Positions 42,001-57,000 of a stretch of DNA of 64,000 bases are shown here, one piece after another; positions within the stretch are counted from its first letter, which is position 1; each line of letters starts with the position of its first letter. The position numbers were made by a program, and so were the translations under genes. The DNA comes from Candidatus Omnitrophota bacterium (GTDB lineage: Bacteria; Omnitrophota; Gorgyraeia; Gygaellales; Profunditerraquicolaceae). Location: the NCBI GenBank assembly GCA_028715415.1, contig JAQURX010000002.1:4703-68702 (forward strand), in the 5' to 3' direction. The notes below the pieces were generated by a model. It saw only the letters and a list, made by a program, of their open reading frames with translations. It was not told where the DNA came from and made no database searches.

Positions 42001-45000
42001 AAAGATTTGTTGATGCTATTTTAAAACATGAGCATGTCCACTTAACAAGTACTTCTGAAAGAGTTGCGTATAGAGTTAACTTAATCGCATTACAGAGAGC
42101 AAAAATTAATTCATTTGAGGACTTAGTTGAATATTTGGCTCCAAAAGTAGAAATTGCAGAAAGGGGATTTGATCCTAGAGATGAAGAGAAAACTATTGAT
42201 ATTGTTGCTGATAAAAAACCCGCGGTTAATATCTCTGTAGTGGTTGTTAGGCCGGAATCAGGACATTACTTAGATGTTAAGCCTTGGCAATTAAATAGCT
42301 TTATTGTCGGTGCACTCGTTGCCTTCTTCGGCTTAGGCGAGGTAGTGGCTAATGCTGCTACAACTGCTGTTCAGGATCCAACCAATAGCGATTTACTTGG
42401 CCTTCTTGCAGTTGCCTTTGTATTATTCATTAGCCCTATAACAGCTATATTAGCAGGATTTACAAAGGCTTCTGAACGTAACGGTACTGTGATACATGAA
42501 TCAAGAGAAGATGTAGGTCTTCCTAGCGAAGCATATATCATCATCTACGCCTTAACCTTGATATCCAGCATGATCTTGCCTGAATTACGTGTAATAACCA
42601 GCTTCGCAGGCCTACTTGGTATAGCAGTATTTTCCTTAAAAAGAGGCGTTATTAATGACATAAAGAAATATAAAGAAGAGTTGATGGTGCTTGCAGTGAT
42701 GGTCATAGTTATCCTTGGTATTGTAAAGATGATGAATAGCATGCCAATAGCAGGGCAAAGCAGTATTTCTTTAGGAGTTGTATTGCCGCTTGCTATTCTT
42801 GCGGTATTAGCTTTAAGTAATCTTAATTTCTCCGCAACAGCGGTTAGGGCTAGGCCAACAGTGGCCCAGGATAAGAATTTAAGAAAAGCAATTAGATTAA
42901 TAGATATAAAACTTAAGAAAATTAATGGAGCAAGGCCGGCTGTCGTAATTATTGATGGCGCTTCTGGGGTTGGTAAAACTGTTTTTGGAAAGAGACTCGC
43001 AGCGCAGTATAAAGGCTCCAGGCTTATAGACGTCGATGATTATGTCCGAGAAATGCATCCAGATGGTGATAGCATTGAAATGGTTGATTATTGGCAAATC
43101 AAGAATGAAATTGAGAATTCGGATAATAGTCTTGTGATAGTTTCTGGGTTAAATGCTTTGTATAATTTAAGCAGTATTAATGTTGATGTTACAATAAAGC
43201 TGAAAGCAGATGAAGAAACAAGAGAGGCTCGGCTTCTTAAGAAAGCCAAAGAATTAAGTTTGACTGAAGAAGAGTTGAATGATAGAAGAGATTCATTCTC
43301 TCTTTCCGGTGATAATAAGTTTGATTTAGTGATTGATGTTAGCGCGCAGAAACAAAAGAATTCAAGAAGCACATCTTTAGCTACCGCAGTTGTGTATTTA
43401 GTTGCAGGTTTAACCGCCTTCTTTGGCTTAGGCGAAACTATTGTTAATGCAGCGACAAGCGGAATTGTTGCGCAAAACAGTATTTTTGTTAACGCTATCC
43501 CGGTAATCTTAATAATTTTAGTTATATTGGCTGGGGCATATATCATTAATCCTAAAGTTAGAGATGGTATTGATAACACGTTAGCGCAGATTAAGGATTG
43601 GATAGTAGCAAATAAATTCGTAGTTAAAATTTTCTCAGGTATTGTAGTAGGAATTTCGCTAATCTTATTTACTTTTAACCATTTCGCTTCTTTAAGGAAT
43701 AAAGAGTGGAATGAGTCTAAGAGCAATAAGAACTTAGTTGAAATCAAGAATGCTTTTGAAAATAAGAATAGCGAAGCGCTTGATGGAATTATTAAAGATG
43801 CAACTGCGCGCGGCAATAGAATGCAGGAACGCCTCAAGAAAGCTGAAGTAAGCAAGGCCAAGAAAGTAGAGGATGCTACTAACGACCCAGTTAAGCTCGC
43901 AAAACGTTATCTTGCTTATGACCGTATGGTTGCTAATTTGGCTGAATTATTCAAGAACCAGATTACAGATAAATCTTCAAGCCGCATTGGAGCAATAACT
44001 CCTAATGCTTGGAAAAAAGAACTGAATGATTTAGAGCAGGATGCTATTAAAACCGAATTTGAAGGTTATTTATTCGCTGCATTAAAAGCTCTTCATAACG
44101 AAATCCTCGCCCAACAATTTAAAGCAAAGCAATCTGAAGAAACCATCAATGGATATAAATCTGCGGCACCTTTCTTATTTAAGAAAAATATGGGAGATGT
44201 AATTAATCAGGCAATCGCAGCATTAGAGCAATTTAAGAAAGAAATTGCTGTAGAAGAATCTCAATACAATTCCAAAACCGCAGCAATGAGACAGCGCGTA
44301 AGCGATAAGCTTTATAAACAAGATAATGCATTTAAGGCCCATCGCGATAGAAGAGATGACTTAGGAAAATTATTAAACAGCAAGATTGTGCCTATGGTGG
44401 AAATTGCAAAAGAAATTGACAGTAACCTTGAAGGAGTGATTTCGGCTAGAAATAAAGAAACAGAAATGAATGCTTTGGCTGAGGCTAATAAGGACGTTGC
44501 AGAAGAAGAGGTGGAAAGAAATTCAAAAGGCGAAATAGTCCGTCGTTATACAGTATATAGAGATTATAGCGGTCCTTATAGAGCAGCTGCAGCCGTCGCA
44601 GCTTCGGATGCGCAAAGCCACGCCCGTAAGGCAAATGAGGGAGCAGAAAAGCTAAAGAAGCAATTATTAGAGTTAAAGAATGATAAAATTTTTGTTTCTG
44701 AAGAACTTGGTTCCATGCTAATTGGTGGAATAAATGTTAAGCTTGGCCAAGGCCATGGTATTTTCTCAGATTTGTTCTTGCCGCCAGTGTTAAATATATT
44801 TACTGGAGTTAGTTCTTCTTCATCTGCATCAAGCGCTCGCGTAGAATTTGCTCCGTTACTAGCTTCTTTGAAAAATGTTCAAAATATTGTTCAAGGTAGG
44901 CTTGATGTTGAGAAAAAATGGATTAATGCTCAAATCGACGCAGAGCTCAATCGGCAGATTTTACAGGTTAAACCAGAAAAGGAATCTCTTCAGCCAGAAA

Positions 45001-48000
45001 GAGCTCCAAAATATTCTTCGAAAAAACTAAACAAAGTATCAACTAAACAAGAAAAACCATTCTGGGCTGCTTTGAATGAGAAGGCTCAGCGCAATAGACG
45101 CTTTGTAACACTCGGCGCCCTCAACGTCTTCTTCGGTGCTGAGACGATTGTTAATGCAGCACAAACTGCCACTACTCAGCCAGCTCAACAGCCTTCTATT
45201 TTAGCCGCAGTTATAGTAGCAATTATCGCATTAGCCGCGGTTGGATATTTAAATCACTCAATGAATAAGTTTGGAGGTTCCGAATCACAGAAGAATGTTA
45301 AAGGCGATGCAGAAAGTATTGATTTAATTGATATGTACGGTATTAGCTTATTGCCTTTAGCACTGCCTCTATTAATGGGGGCAGCTCCAGCAGCCACCTC
45401 TGCTGCACAGACATCTGCTCAGTTAAATGATGGGTTTGCTATTTTAGGACTCTCCTTCATTATTCCAGTAAGCATTGTATGTGCAATAGCAGGAGGAATC
45501 CTAAATGCTGTTGAACGTAATGGTAGCTTAAATGAATCAAGAGATGACGCTGGAATCCCCAGCATATTCTTAATAGCTATCTATGTATTAACTTTAGTAT
45601 CCAGCATAATATTACCCGAAGCCAGATTAATAACCAGTTTTGCCGGATTGATAGGAGTAGCTGCCTACTTATTAGCAAGAGGTATCATTAAAGAAACCAA
45701 AGCTTTAGCAATATCCGTTGCAACTAAAATCTATTCTGGCATCAAATTATCTAGTAGGGCATCGTTAGTATTATTGGTGTTAGCTTTACCTATATTAATG
45801 GGTGCAGCTAGCGTAGATTTAGATAGTATCGATCCTTTTGTTATAATTCTTCCTCTTTCTTTAATAATAGTAGGAGCTGTTGTTATTTCTATTGTATCGC
45901 GTTACAACCGAAATTTAGCGAAGTCAGGTTATGATTTAGAAGCTCTTAGTAAAATGACAGATACAGAAAAAGCAATGCTTGTCCCGCAGCTTATCGAAGA
46001 TGTCCAGCAACAAAGAAGTGAATGGGAAAAAGCGGTTATTATCTTGGGATTAATAGGTGACAAGATGGCAAGTAGGCCTTTAGTTAGGCTTTTAAATGAT
46101 CAGATAACTCGCTACTTGGCGTCCTTAGCTGCTAAAGATGGTATGAATAGTAATATAGAAACTTGGTATAAAGAATGCATAAGCGCGATATTAAAATCAT
46201 TAGAACAGATAGGGGATATATCAATTGCTGCGAATTTGATTCTTATGTCTTATCGTATACCAAAAACAGTCAGAAGAGTAGATGTAGCAGCTAATAGCAT
46301 CAGTTTAAATGTTACCTCAGAGTATGCTCCGAACGAAATATATAATATGTTTAGTAGTACCATTAGCAAAATGTCTAGCAGTTCTTCGCTAGCTGTCTCT
46401 TTTGCAAATTCAGTTGCATATGGCTTATTGTTTATTGGGAGAAATGGTACGTATCTGATTAAACAGGCTTTTAGGGTTGCCCAGGCTTTTATAAAAGAAT
46501 ATGGGATATTGAACGGTTTACTGAAAGCATTAAAAGCACCCATTGCTACACCATATAATTATGATATTGCTTTTAGGAATTTACCTAATAAATATCAAGA
46601 TGCAATAAATATGCATGAATGGGCACATGAAAGAGGATATAACGAATATGTCGCTTACAAAGCACAGGTAAGATTTATGAGAAAAGAAAATAAAAATTCT
46701 TCTCTTCGTCAGGCAAGAGCAGTTCTTTCTGCAATTAGAAAGCCTTACGAGGATTTAATAAATACTGTAAATGAGCAAATAGAAAAACAATCATATTTGG
46801 AAGGATCTCTTTCAAAGAAAGCAAGAACAATAATTAATTATAGGATAGAAAGCCTCAAGAAAATATTAAGCGATATGAAAGAAGATAAAATTGGCTTAAG
46901 AGGCGCTCTAAGTAGCGTCCCCGTTAAACTTCGCGATAGTATTTCATCAGAAGTAAATCTTACTGAAGAAATATTGACGGAAATGATTAACAAAGAAGTT
47001 GCAAGATTAGAGAATCTAAATAATTTACGAATTAATAACCGGATAATGCCTGCTGAGAATAAAATAGACGCTTTAGCGAAGAATGGCCCTACGATATCAG
47101 AATGGTTGGTTTATACTGTATTCAACAACTATTATCGTTGGCTCAGAGAATATGTAGCTCACAATAATTCTATGCCATCTTTGAATGTGAGATTAAATAA
47201 GTTTATTGGGGTAGGGAAAGGTTTAAATTTTAAGGAGAGTTTATTAGGGGAGTATCTATTAAAGACTATTCAGGCGTTAGTTGAGGAGAATAAAGAGATT
47301 AAAGATGTAGAGATAATTGCTTATTTAAACGAAATGTTAGATTCTAAGACGTATAAACAACTTATATCTTTGGTTATCGGTGAAGATGAAAAATTAACCG
47401 AAGAGATTATTGCTAATCAGCGTGAAAACGCAATTAACGTGGCACTAAGCGATATAAGAGTAAGGCGCGTTTTGCGTGAGAGAGTAGCCATAGTTAATGA
47501 TTATGCGGCGGATTTAGGTTTGTTCGGTAGACTCGTTCGTGCGGTAAAGCGTTTTGTGGCAAAATTAAGCGGTGAAATCAAATCGTTAGAAATGATGGAA
47601 AGAGATATTGCTACTCGTGTAAAGGAAGCGGTTCTAGCTATAAGAAAGAATGCAAATGAATTAAGGCAAAATAGCAGTAATCTCTATGATTCTTTTGCTG
47701 CGTTAATTGAAAATGATGAAGATGCAGTTATTTCAGGTGGAGTTAGAATGGGTTGGTTGAAGTTCGCTCCGGCTACCGTTGGTGTTTTAGGCTTAGTTGC
47801 GGTTTGTGGGATACTCTGTGGTGGATGTGCCGCTGGTTCAAATCTATCCTCCGGTTTTATGACAACAATAGATAATTCAACTATGGATTATCCTGATGTT
47901 TCAATGGATGGTAACAATCAATTATCCTCACAGAATTTATCTGTTGGAGCTTATCCTTATTTTGCACCTGTAGTAAAAGCTTTGAATGCTGTAATGCTTG

Positions 48001-51000
48001 GGCAGGTGGAGAAGGATGATGATTTACATGTTAAAATTTATACTGGTGATTGGTGTGGGATGTGCCATGCAGCGAAGGATTTCTTTGATAAACAAAGTAT
48101 CCCTTATGAAGAATATAATATAACCAATAATAAAGCTAATGCAGAAGAGGCCAAAGCAAAGTCTGGGCAAGATGCTATACCGGTTATTGATATTAATGGT
48201 ACAGTTATTGTAGGCCTTGAGCGTGAGAAGATTTTAGCGGCAATTGCGCAGGCAAAGCAGGAATTAGAAGCAAAGCGTGCAGCTGAAGCAGCAGCGAAAA
48301 CTGTTAAAGAAACTCCTGTTGTAGAAGAAGTAAAAGCAAAAGAACCTGTTGAACCAAAAGAAAAAGCAATACCGCCAGCCCCAGCCTTAATGGAAACAAC
48401 CAAAGTTAAATCTATTTCTCAATATGGCATTACTTGGACATTTGATAAAGAAGTTGAGGCATTCCAGTTTGTAGACGGAAGCTGGGGAGTTAAAGGGCCG
48501 GTAACAGTTGTTAGTATTAATCCTATGCCGTCTGATGGAAGCAATGGTTCAATGGTTAATCCTATGCCTGGAACAGAGCAGGCATATGATTCACGTATTG
48601 CTGGTTACAACAGCGCGTTGTCAATACAACCTCCATTTACACTTGAACCAAATGAATCTTTAGTTTCTACGATTAGCACTGATAATGGACAGCAGACTAA
48701 TTATAGAGGATATACTGGAGCAAGGTCTTTATTAAAAACCGCCGCAGTATTAACTTCTTTGGAGAATGTCCCTGCTAAAGGCGCATTTCGTCCTCCTTAT
48801 ATTGGCAATGAAAAGCCTGTATTTAATACTAATAAACTACGCACAGAACTTCTGCCTTCATTAAAACCTGTAGGAAATGTTCCGGAATTGTCAACTTTTG
48901 AGCGTGATTTCCAGAGAGTTTGGATTGATCATATGACAGGATGGCAAAGCCGCTTTATGCATCCTTTGGAAAATATGGAAGATTACGGTGCGCGTATCGC
49001 AGGCGTTGTTGGTGAAGCAGGATTATTGCTTTCAATGGATTATCCTCTTAAAGAAAAACAAACATTGCTTAATGGAGTTGTCCAAACCGGAATTGATTTG
49101 TATGGAGTTGCAAAATTACATAAATCAATTTGGGAGCCTGATGGCGGCCATGGCCCGGGACGCAAATGGTTAATTACTTTTGCCGGATACATGCTTAATG
49201 AAAAAGATTTTTATATGAATGATTATTTAAGCGAAGATAATAATACCTATTATGGTGATGAGCAGAATCAGCTTTGGACTGGCTGGCAGAATTCTGGCAA
49301 TCCTTATGCAGCGAATGTAATGTGGAGAATGAGGGTTGATCCTGATAAATTCAATTATGAACATATAATACCTGAGAATTGGGATAAAGCACCTTTCCCC
49401 ATTAACGGGCAATACCCATATAACAAATTCCGCGCTTATCAAGGTTTATGGTCTAAGGCTGTGGTAGCAGAGGCACTTGCTGCACGGCTAATTGGTTTTA
49501 AGGATAAATGGAATCACGATGCTTTCTTTGATTATGTTGACCGCTGGGTTTATGAAGATGATGTAATGGTAAGGAAAGCGATTCAAAATGCCGCTATTTC
49601 TAATGATTGGTCTGATCCGCAAGGCCGCGATCCAAAAGATATTAATTATTACGCTCCTTATTTTGGCCAGACTGCCTCAGAGCCTTGGGTAATGGATATG
49701 TATAAAGAGTATCGTTCTTCTCATCCAGCAACAATTGAAACCGTAGCAACAAAACCTGCGAAGAGTTTAGCAAGCAAAGTAATAAAAACGGCAAAAAATC
49801 TTAAATATGAATTAGGCCTTACTAAGAAGAATGCCGCAAAATTGGCGTTAACAGTTGCTAATTTAATTCCTCAAACTCCGGCAACGTCAATGCCAACAAG
49901 TAGAGACAATGTTAATTTCCCCGCTGCAAGAATAGTAACGCTTAATCCAGCAGATGCAACCGTAGATAATTATGGCCTTGGTTTATTTGATGAAAATGGA
50001 AATATTAATTTAAATAGAATAATGATGTTCCCTGAAACAAAAGATTATTTGAAGTTTAGCGGCCTGGCTCCTCCAGTATCTAGCCATCCAGCAACCCAAA
50101 CACAGATTAAAGATTTATTAGGCGAGATTGCGCAAATCGTAGCACAAAAAGATCAAACATTGGCTGCACAGTTACGCAAAGCCAATGTAGTTATTTCTGA
50201 TAAAACACAAGGTGTTGTATTTGTTAAGGAAGGCGTTTATATTGCAAAGGATATAATTGATAATCCTCAGGAACTCATCCGTTCAATCATTCATGAAACA
50301 GGCGCAGCATTAGGAAAGTCAGATACAGAGAATCAAAAACTCGAACAGGCCTATGCAGAATGGAAAGGGAAGCAGAAAGTTTCAACTAAGCCTGTTGTTG
50401 CCCCCACCACCAAAGAATCTGTGTCTAAGCCGGCTAATAATAAAGAAGCTACTGACGATAAGTATAAGAAAATATTAACCGCTTTTAAGTCCGCAGGAAA
50501 GTTAGACATCGCAGCTAAAAGAATATGTTGTGTACAGTTGGGTATGTATGTAGAAAAAGAGCCGATGCCAGATCAGGTAATCAAGGTTCTTGTAGAGGCA
50601 GCTACGGCAAATAAAGAAAATGTATTTTATATACCGGTCCGTCAAGCGGCAGCAATGGAATTAGCAAGCCAGGTTAGAAAATACGGATTACCGGAAAGCG
50701 CAATAAGGGATTTATCCAGGGCTTTTGTTTCAGAAAAATCCCCGGAAATGTATGATCCTATTACTGTCATATTTAGTATGTATTCAGAAAAGCAAAGATT
50801 ACCAGAAGATGTCTTATTGTCCCTTGTTTCTAAATTAAATAAAGAATATAAAGATATTAATGCGCAAACCAATATAATCCCAGCATTATTAACCCATACT
50901 CAAAGACACGGCCTTCCAGAAAAAGTATTCTCTGTTTTTATCAATATATTAGGTTATGACAATATCGATGAATTTCAGCGTTGGTATGTTACTGAAGCTG

Positions 51001-54000
51001 CAATTTGGCAGGCACAAAACAAGAATATAGATACAACTTCGCTTAAGGAAATTCTTGGAACAAAAGTAAAAGAGCACAAGGCTACTAAATTCTCAGCTGA
51101 AGAATTAAATGCAGTAAGAAATGTTTTTGAAAAGAAAGCTATTAAGGTAGCGCCCAAAGAGGTTGCGCCTCAAAAAGTTACACCCAAAAAGGTTGTTCCT
51201 AAAATAGCGGAATCAACAGTTACTGTTGATTGGGAGACGCAGAGGAAGGCACAGATGGAAGAATTTAAACGTGCACTTCAACTTGCTCCTGAACCGAAAT
51301 TTGTCCAGGCAAAGAGCGAAGCAGTCTCGGCTTCGGCAACTCTTGATTTAGGCATGATAACTGGCCAGGACACTCGCTCTGCTGAATGGTCTGCATGGTG
51401 GAAAGATTTTACTAATCCAGTTGATTTTTCTTCATTCCGCTTTGTTAATTTAAAAATTCGCGGTGAAGGCAATGTTTACTTCCAATTAGTAGATAAAAAT
51501 ACTCAGGATGGCGCACCGGGAGGAATGAATCGCAAGGCTTATAAATTAAATAGTGAAATTTCTGTAATAAGTGTGCCGCTAAGTGAATTTACAGGAATAG
51601 ATTTGACTCAAATAAGAAGGCTTGTAATCAATGGTGGGCCGGATGTATTTGGTGATAAGATTAATTCTGAGCAAGCAAAGGTATATGTCGAGAATATCTG
51701 GGCTTCTCAAGTAGAAGGTGAAATTAAAGAAGCGGCAGAAGAACAAGTTGCTGCTTATCCTCAAGCTTTAACTCCAACATTTGTACAGGTGGCACATACT
51801 GACGGTGGTTTTAAATTAGAAGTAACAGGGCAAGCTGCCGGTAAACAGTGGTCTGCTATCTGGTCAGATTTCCCAGCTATGGATTTTCGTAATTTTGAGA
51901 GCCTTAAGTTGATAGTCAGAGGGCAAGGGAATTTCACAGTGCAGTTATTAACAAAAGATGCTGATGAAAACCAGCCACAAGGAATGCATGCAAAGACTTT
52001 TGCTTTAAGCCAAGAGCAGAAAGAAATTTCCATACCTTTAACTGGATTCGGTGTTGATTTAAGTGCGATAAGAAGAGTGATTATACATCGCGGTGAAGAA
52101 GTTTATGGCCAGGTTCTAAACAAAGACGGAAAAGCAGAAATTGTTGTTGATGGATTGTATGTATCAACACAAAATGGTGAGCGTAAGATTTTGACTCCTA
52201 ATGGGCCAGAATTTGGTTTGGTAAAAGCAGTTAATTATATGCCAAATCCTGTAGGCAAGAGCCCCGATGCAGGGAATCTTGTGGTGCATGCTGATTGGTT
52301 AATCAGTGATGCTAATAAAAATGGTATGCCTGATGGACCGTTTGATTCATGGGTGGATTTGAATAGGAATAATCGTCAGGATAGTAACGAAAAGGCAGTA
52401 GGAGATTTCTGGCTCATGCGTCAGATGAACGCTAATGTAGTGAAAGTTTATCAGGTAGAGTGGGATAATCTTGCTCAGAGAAAACAAGTGCTAAGAACCG
52501 CGTTTGATAAGAACGACTTAATGTTCATTATGGGTGATTATTTAGGAGCGTATGGCCAGCACGCAGGTATTAAGTGGCCGGAGATAACAGACTATAGTAA
52601 TGACCAGCAGCGACAGGCTATGACTGATTTTGTCTTAAAGATGGTTAAAGGATATAAAGATGAGCCATATGTATTAATGTGGATGCTTGGTAATGAAAAT
52701 AACTTTAAATTTACTAACACTAACGCTGGGCAGAACATGAAAGTTTTCTTAAAGTTTGTTAATGAGGTGGCACTTAAAATCAAGGAAATTGATGCAAGGC
52801 ATCCTGTTAGTATTTGCCTTGGTGGAGATGATGCTAATCTTGTAGAAATTCTTAAATTAATGAAAGAATATTGCCCTGCAGTTGATATCGTAGGCCTTAA
52901 TTCTTATAAAAATGGTAACAACTTTGGCCCTATTTGGCAGCAGGTTAAAGATAATTGCGATAAACCGGTTTTCATTACTGAGTTTGGCTGTCCTGCTTAT
53001 ATTCCGGGTGAGAGTGTTCAAGTTGCTGAAAAAGCACAGGATCAATATTTGCAATCCTGCTGGAATGATATAGTTGCAAACAGCTTTGGAAAAGGAAAAG
53101 TTGGTAATGCATTGGGTGGAGCGGACTTTGAAATACTGGATGAATGGTGGAAAGTTCAGCCTCATCATAATGGTGGAGCTAACGCTAGCGCAGACAGACA
53201 GGATGCAATTAGTGTTGCTCCCGGTCCATTCCCTGGTAAAGGATTCTATGAGGAATACTTTGGTTTAATGTCACAAGGTGACGGCAGCAACAGCCCGTTT
53301 GCAAGACAGCTTCGACCAGCTTATTTCATGTTTAAAAAGGCCTGGAGTAATGAAGTCACAGATTATAATCGCGCAAGAAATACAGCTAATCCTCCGACAA
53401 AAGAAGAAGTAACCGCTGCTTTAATATCCGGTCAACAGCGCAATGAATTCAGCGATGTTGCCGCGGATGCTCGTGTTCAGTCAGCGGTCAAGGAAGTAGC
53501 AAGATTCTTCTCTGAAACAGCTCGTGAAGCAGAAGCTCAGCGCCTGAAATTAATGGTTAAGCAAGGTTTGTTACGTGCCGGGCCAGCATTTGATAAATTT
53601 ACTGCTACGTATCAACCCCCGCAGCTTTTTGTTAACAAATCTTTATTAAGTTATCCTCAAAAACTTATCTCTCAGATAAAATCACTTTTTGGAATTGCTC
53701 CTACATCTCAAACAACCAGCGCGGCTAAATCATCTGCATTAGAAATTAAGCCGGGTAGTTTGGCTTATACTATAAAAGTAAGTGAAAGAAATCTCCAGAT
53801 TAATACTATGGCCGCAAAGAATTCGTTTGAAGATGCGCTAAGAGGCAAGAATCAATCTATTGCATTAAAAACAGCCCCAGAGAATAAGCTTACTCTTTCT
53901 TTAAATGGGATGAATGAAGCGGTGAAGTTTGATATCGCTGGGTATAAAGATGTAAGAATTGCTGCTCACGCCGTAATTGAGAATTTATTTAAAGACGGGT

Positions 54001-57000
54001 TAATGAGTTTAAGTGCTCCCGCAGGATATTATTTTGCACGCGGCAATGCTGGAAATCAAGTTAACGTAATTAATGCAAGTGATTTTGATGCAGGTATATT
54101 GCCAGCTGGTTATAAATTGTATTGGTTTGAAAAACAAAACGGTAAATGGGCAAAAGTTAATCAAGGGGACCTTGGCAATTCAGATTATATGGCTGTGCTC
54201 TTACCGGAAGCAAACAGAGAAAGGCATTGGTGGTGGCTTTTTGGTGCGCCAATAGATCCGGATAAACTTGAAAAAGCAATTTCCCGCGGCGGGATGGTTG
54301 TTTCTAAGACAATCAGTAGTTGGGATGTGTATGAAGATCTTTTCTTGGCTGACGGAGCTGCCGGTGCGAGGACATTTAGCTCAATACTTACTACAATTGA
54401 TGGCGAAGATGCTGTTGAATTTACTCCAGTGTTCTTCCACAGGGGATTAAACTTTATTGATATTGATTATCTGGATGCTGTAGAGAGGGTTGTTTATGTT
54501 GATGTAAGCGTTAAGCCTATCAGAGTTATGGATAAGTTTGAAGCCATTGGTAAGGCATTCGGAAGCTTTGATGTGTATTTAACTCCGGAAGGTAAGCTCG
54601 CCGAACAATATAAAACCGGCGAAACTGTAAGAAAAGAGTGCCTTAATATACGCTCACTTGATAAAACAGCCAGAGTTATGTCTGATTGGGGATCTGATGT
54701 AGCAAGAAACAGAGCATTTGTTGCGATGTTACAGCTTTCAGGCAGCCTTGTAAATGTTATTCAGATAGGCGAAGACGGTATATTAAAAATGGTGAAGTCT
54801 TACTCTGATGAAGCGGAATTTGAAGAAGATAGGAATAACGGAACGTTAAATAATTTAGTTAATCAATATAATACATTCTTAGTTTATGGATGCGGTTCAT
54901 TGAAATTACCGGAAAACTTCTTTGTCAAGCATGGTAATGCAGTGCAGCTTATCATTGACTTGTTTAAGAAACATAAGAAAGAAATCGCTCCTATTGCCGG
55001 CGGCTATATGTTATTTGCTCCTTATTCTGCAGATAAAGAAGCTTATCTTGTTCCATTAGAGGAAATAGAAAAGCGTTTCTTATTGTCAAGATGGACAGAG
55101 GTAACTCCGAATTACAGTAGGGCGCAAATGGTTTCTTTTAATCAAGATACAGCTAAGCTTGAAGTTAAGGCTGAGGCGGATTTACTTTGGTTGTATGGCA
55201 AGAAAGAAAACTTAAAGTATAGCTTCATTACGCGTCCTTTCTTTACCCTCGCATTTGATACTAATTCTAATGTTTGGCATGTTGAAGATGTTTATAAAAC
55301 CGAGAACGAGCATAACAAAGGCGCTTTGGCTTTTAGAAGCAAGGTTTTATATATGAAAGACGGCGAATCGGTAGTCGGATGGTTTGATTATGGCCATCTT
55401 CCTGCAGATCCAGCAGCTATAATTCTTGAAGTCCGTGACATTGAAGGTAATTTAGTCTGGGGTAAAACATTAACTGCGGCAAAGTATCTTTATGAGAAAG
55501 CCCAGAGAAGCGTTTATTATAACCTTCAATCACAGAATGCCGCAACCAGAGGCACTCTTATTAATATCGCTAAAGATGTTTTTAAGAATGGCACGATACT
55601 AAATCCTATGTATTTGCAAGAAATCGCCAATTCAATTAAATATTATTCTATCCTTTCCGGTTGGGGCGGAGAAGATGTGGATCTTAATTTCTTGCCTAAG
55701 CCAGCTCTTGATATGTTCGGCAATTATTTCCCGCATTGGGCTACAGCAAAGAGTTTTGATAAAGGTTTTGATATAGGAGGATTTGCGAAGACAGCTTTAT
55801 TGGGGGCAAAATTACCAAAAGATAATCCTAATTCAATCGAGGATTTAGGTAATGGTAATTACACTATGACAATGGAAGTTCCTTATGGAAAAGGAATTCC
55901 TGAACAATTGATTCTAAAGGAAAATAGCTGGTTTGTAATTAATTGGCTTTGGGATACATTCTGCGTGCATCCGAATCAGTTTATCATGGGTTCAATTGGC
56001 GCAGGCAATCCTACTCCTACACAGAAATTCTACTTTTTAACTCCTAATGGCCATAAGGTATTTATTCCCGGAATCAAAATGGCGTTACGCGGTTTGGAAG
56101 CGAATAAGATAAATTATGAGAATAGCGTTAGAGAATATGAGCATTTAGGCCAGAGCATTGTAAGGTCTTGGTGGGTAGACGCTGAAACCGGATATCTGCA
56201 TATTGAGGTTGCTTTTGGGCATGATGAATATATCAAAACCCAGAAATTGGCTCAAGCCCAAAGAGCTTCTATTGAAAAAGGCCAATTCCAATATACTGAC
56301 GAGAAAGGTAATACTCACTACGTTGTAATTGAGACGGGAGTGGAAGATGCCTTTAAAGTCGCTCAGTATTTGAAAGCCGCTGTAAAGTACGCCTACGACA
56401 TTAAAGCAATAGCAATTAATGGCGGCACGATGGTTATTCCGAATGAAGAAGGTAAATTTTATCTTCTTGGCGAAACTCCTCAAGGATTAAAGATTAATGT
56501 AGGAGGCAATCCTTTAGAGGCATTTGCAGGGCTACAGAAACAAATTGTAACTGGTAATGCGGTAGACTCAATTAATAACTATTTAAGATTTTATAGATTG
56601 ATTAAGCCGAGCGAATCAGTAACTCTGGATAAGGCAATTGGCATCTTAGGCAGCTACGATAAAGATGTTAATTTAGCCGAGCTCAAGGCTTACTTGGAAA
56701 ATAAAGGGGCTGCAGCAGTAACGCCAGAATTGCTCTGGCTTATTTCCCGCCCACCGTTTGAGTTTGATTGGGTTGTGTATTCCAAGGCAAATAATAGTTT
56801 CTATAAGTTCGCGTTTAACCCCGAAGATACAAAAGAATTAACCCGCCTGCAGAATCAGAAACATTCTCTTGAATTGGCATTAGGTAATTTAACCAAGGCA
56901 GTTAATGATCTTGGAGATGGGGCACCATATCCTTACTTAGATTTTATGAATGCGATTGTAAATGAAGAATATGTGATTGAACATGGTACGCCATTTAAAG

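Noticed and set aside
41900-42080. KHEHVHL sequence as a possible HExxH metalloprotease site
   Set aside because: The context lacks a third zinc ligand or a Met-turn that I can recognise. It is left unassigned.
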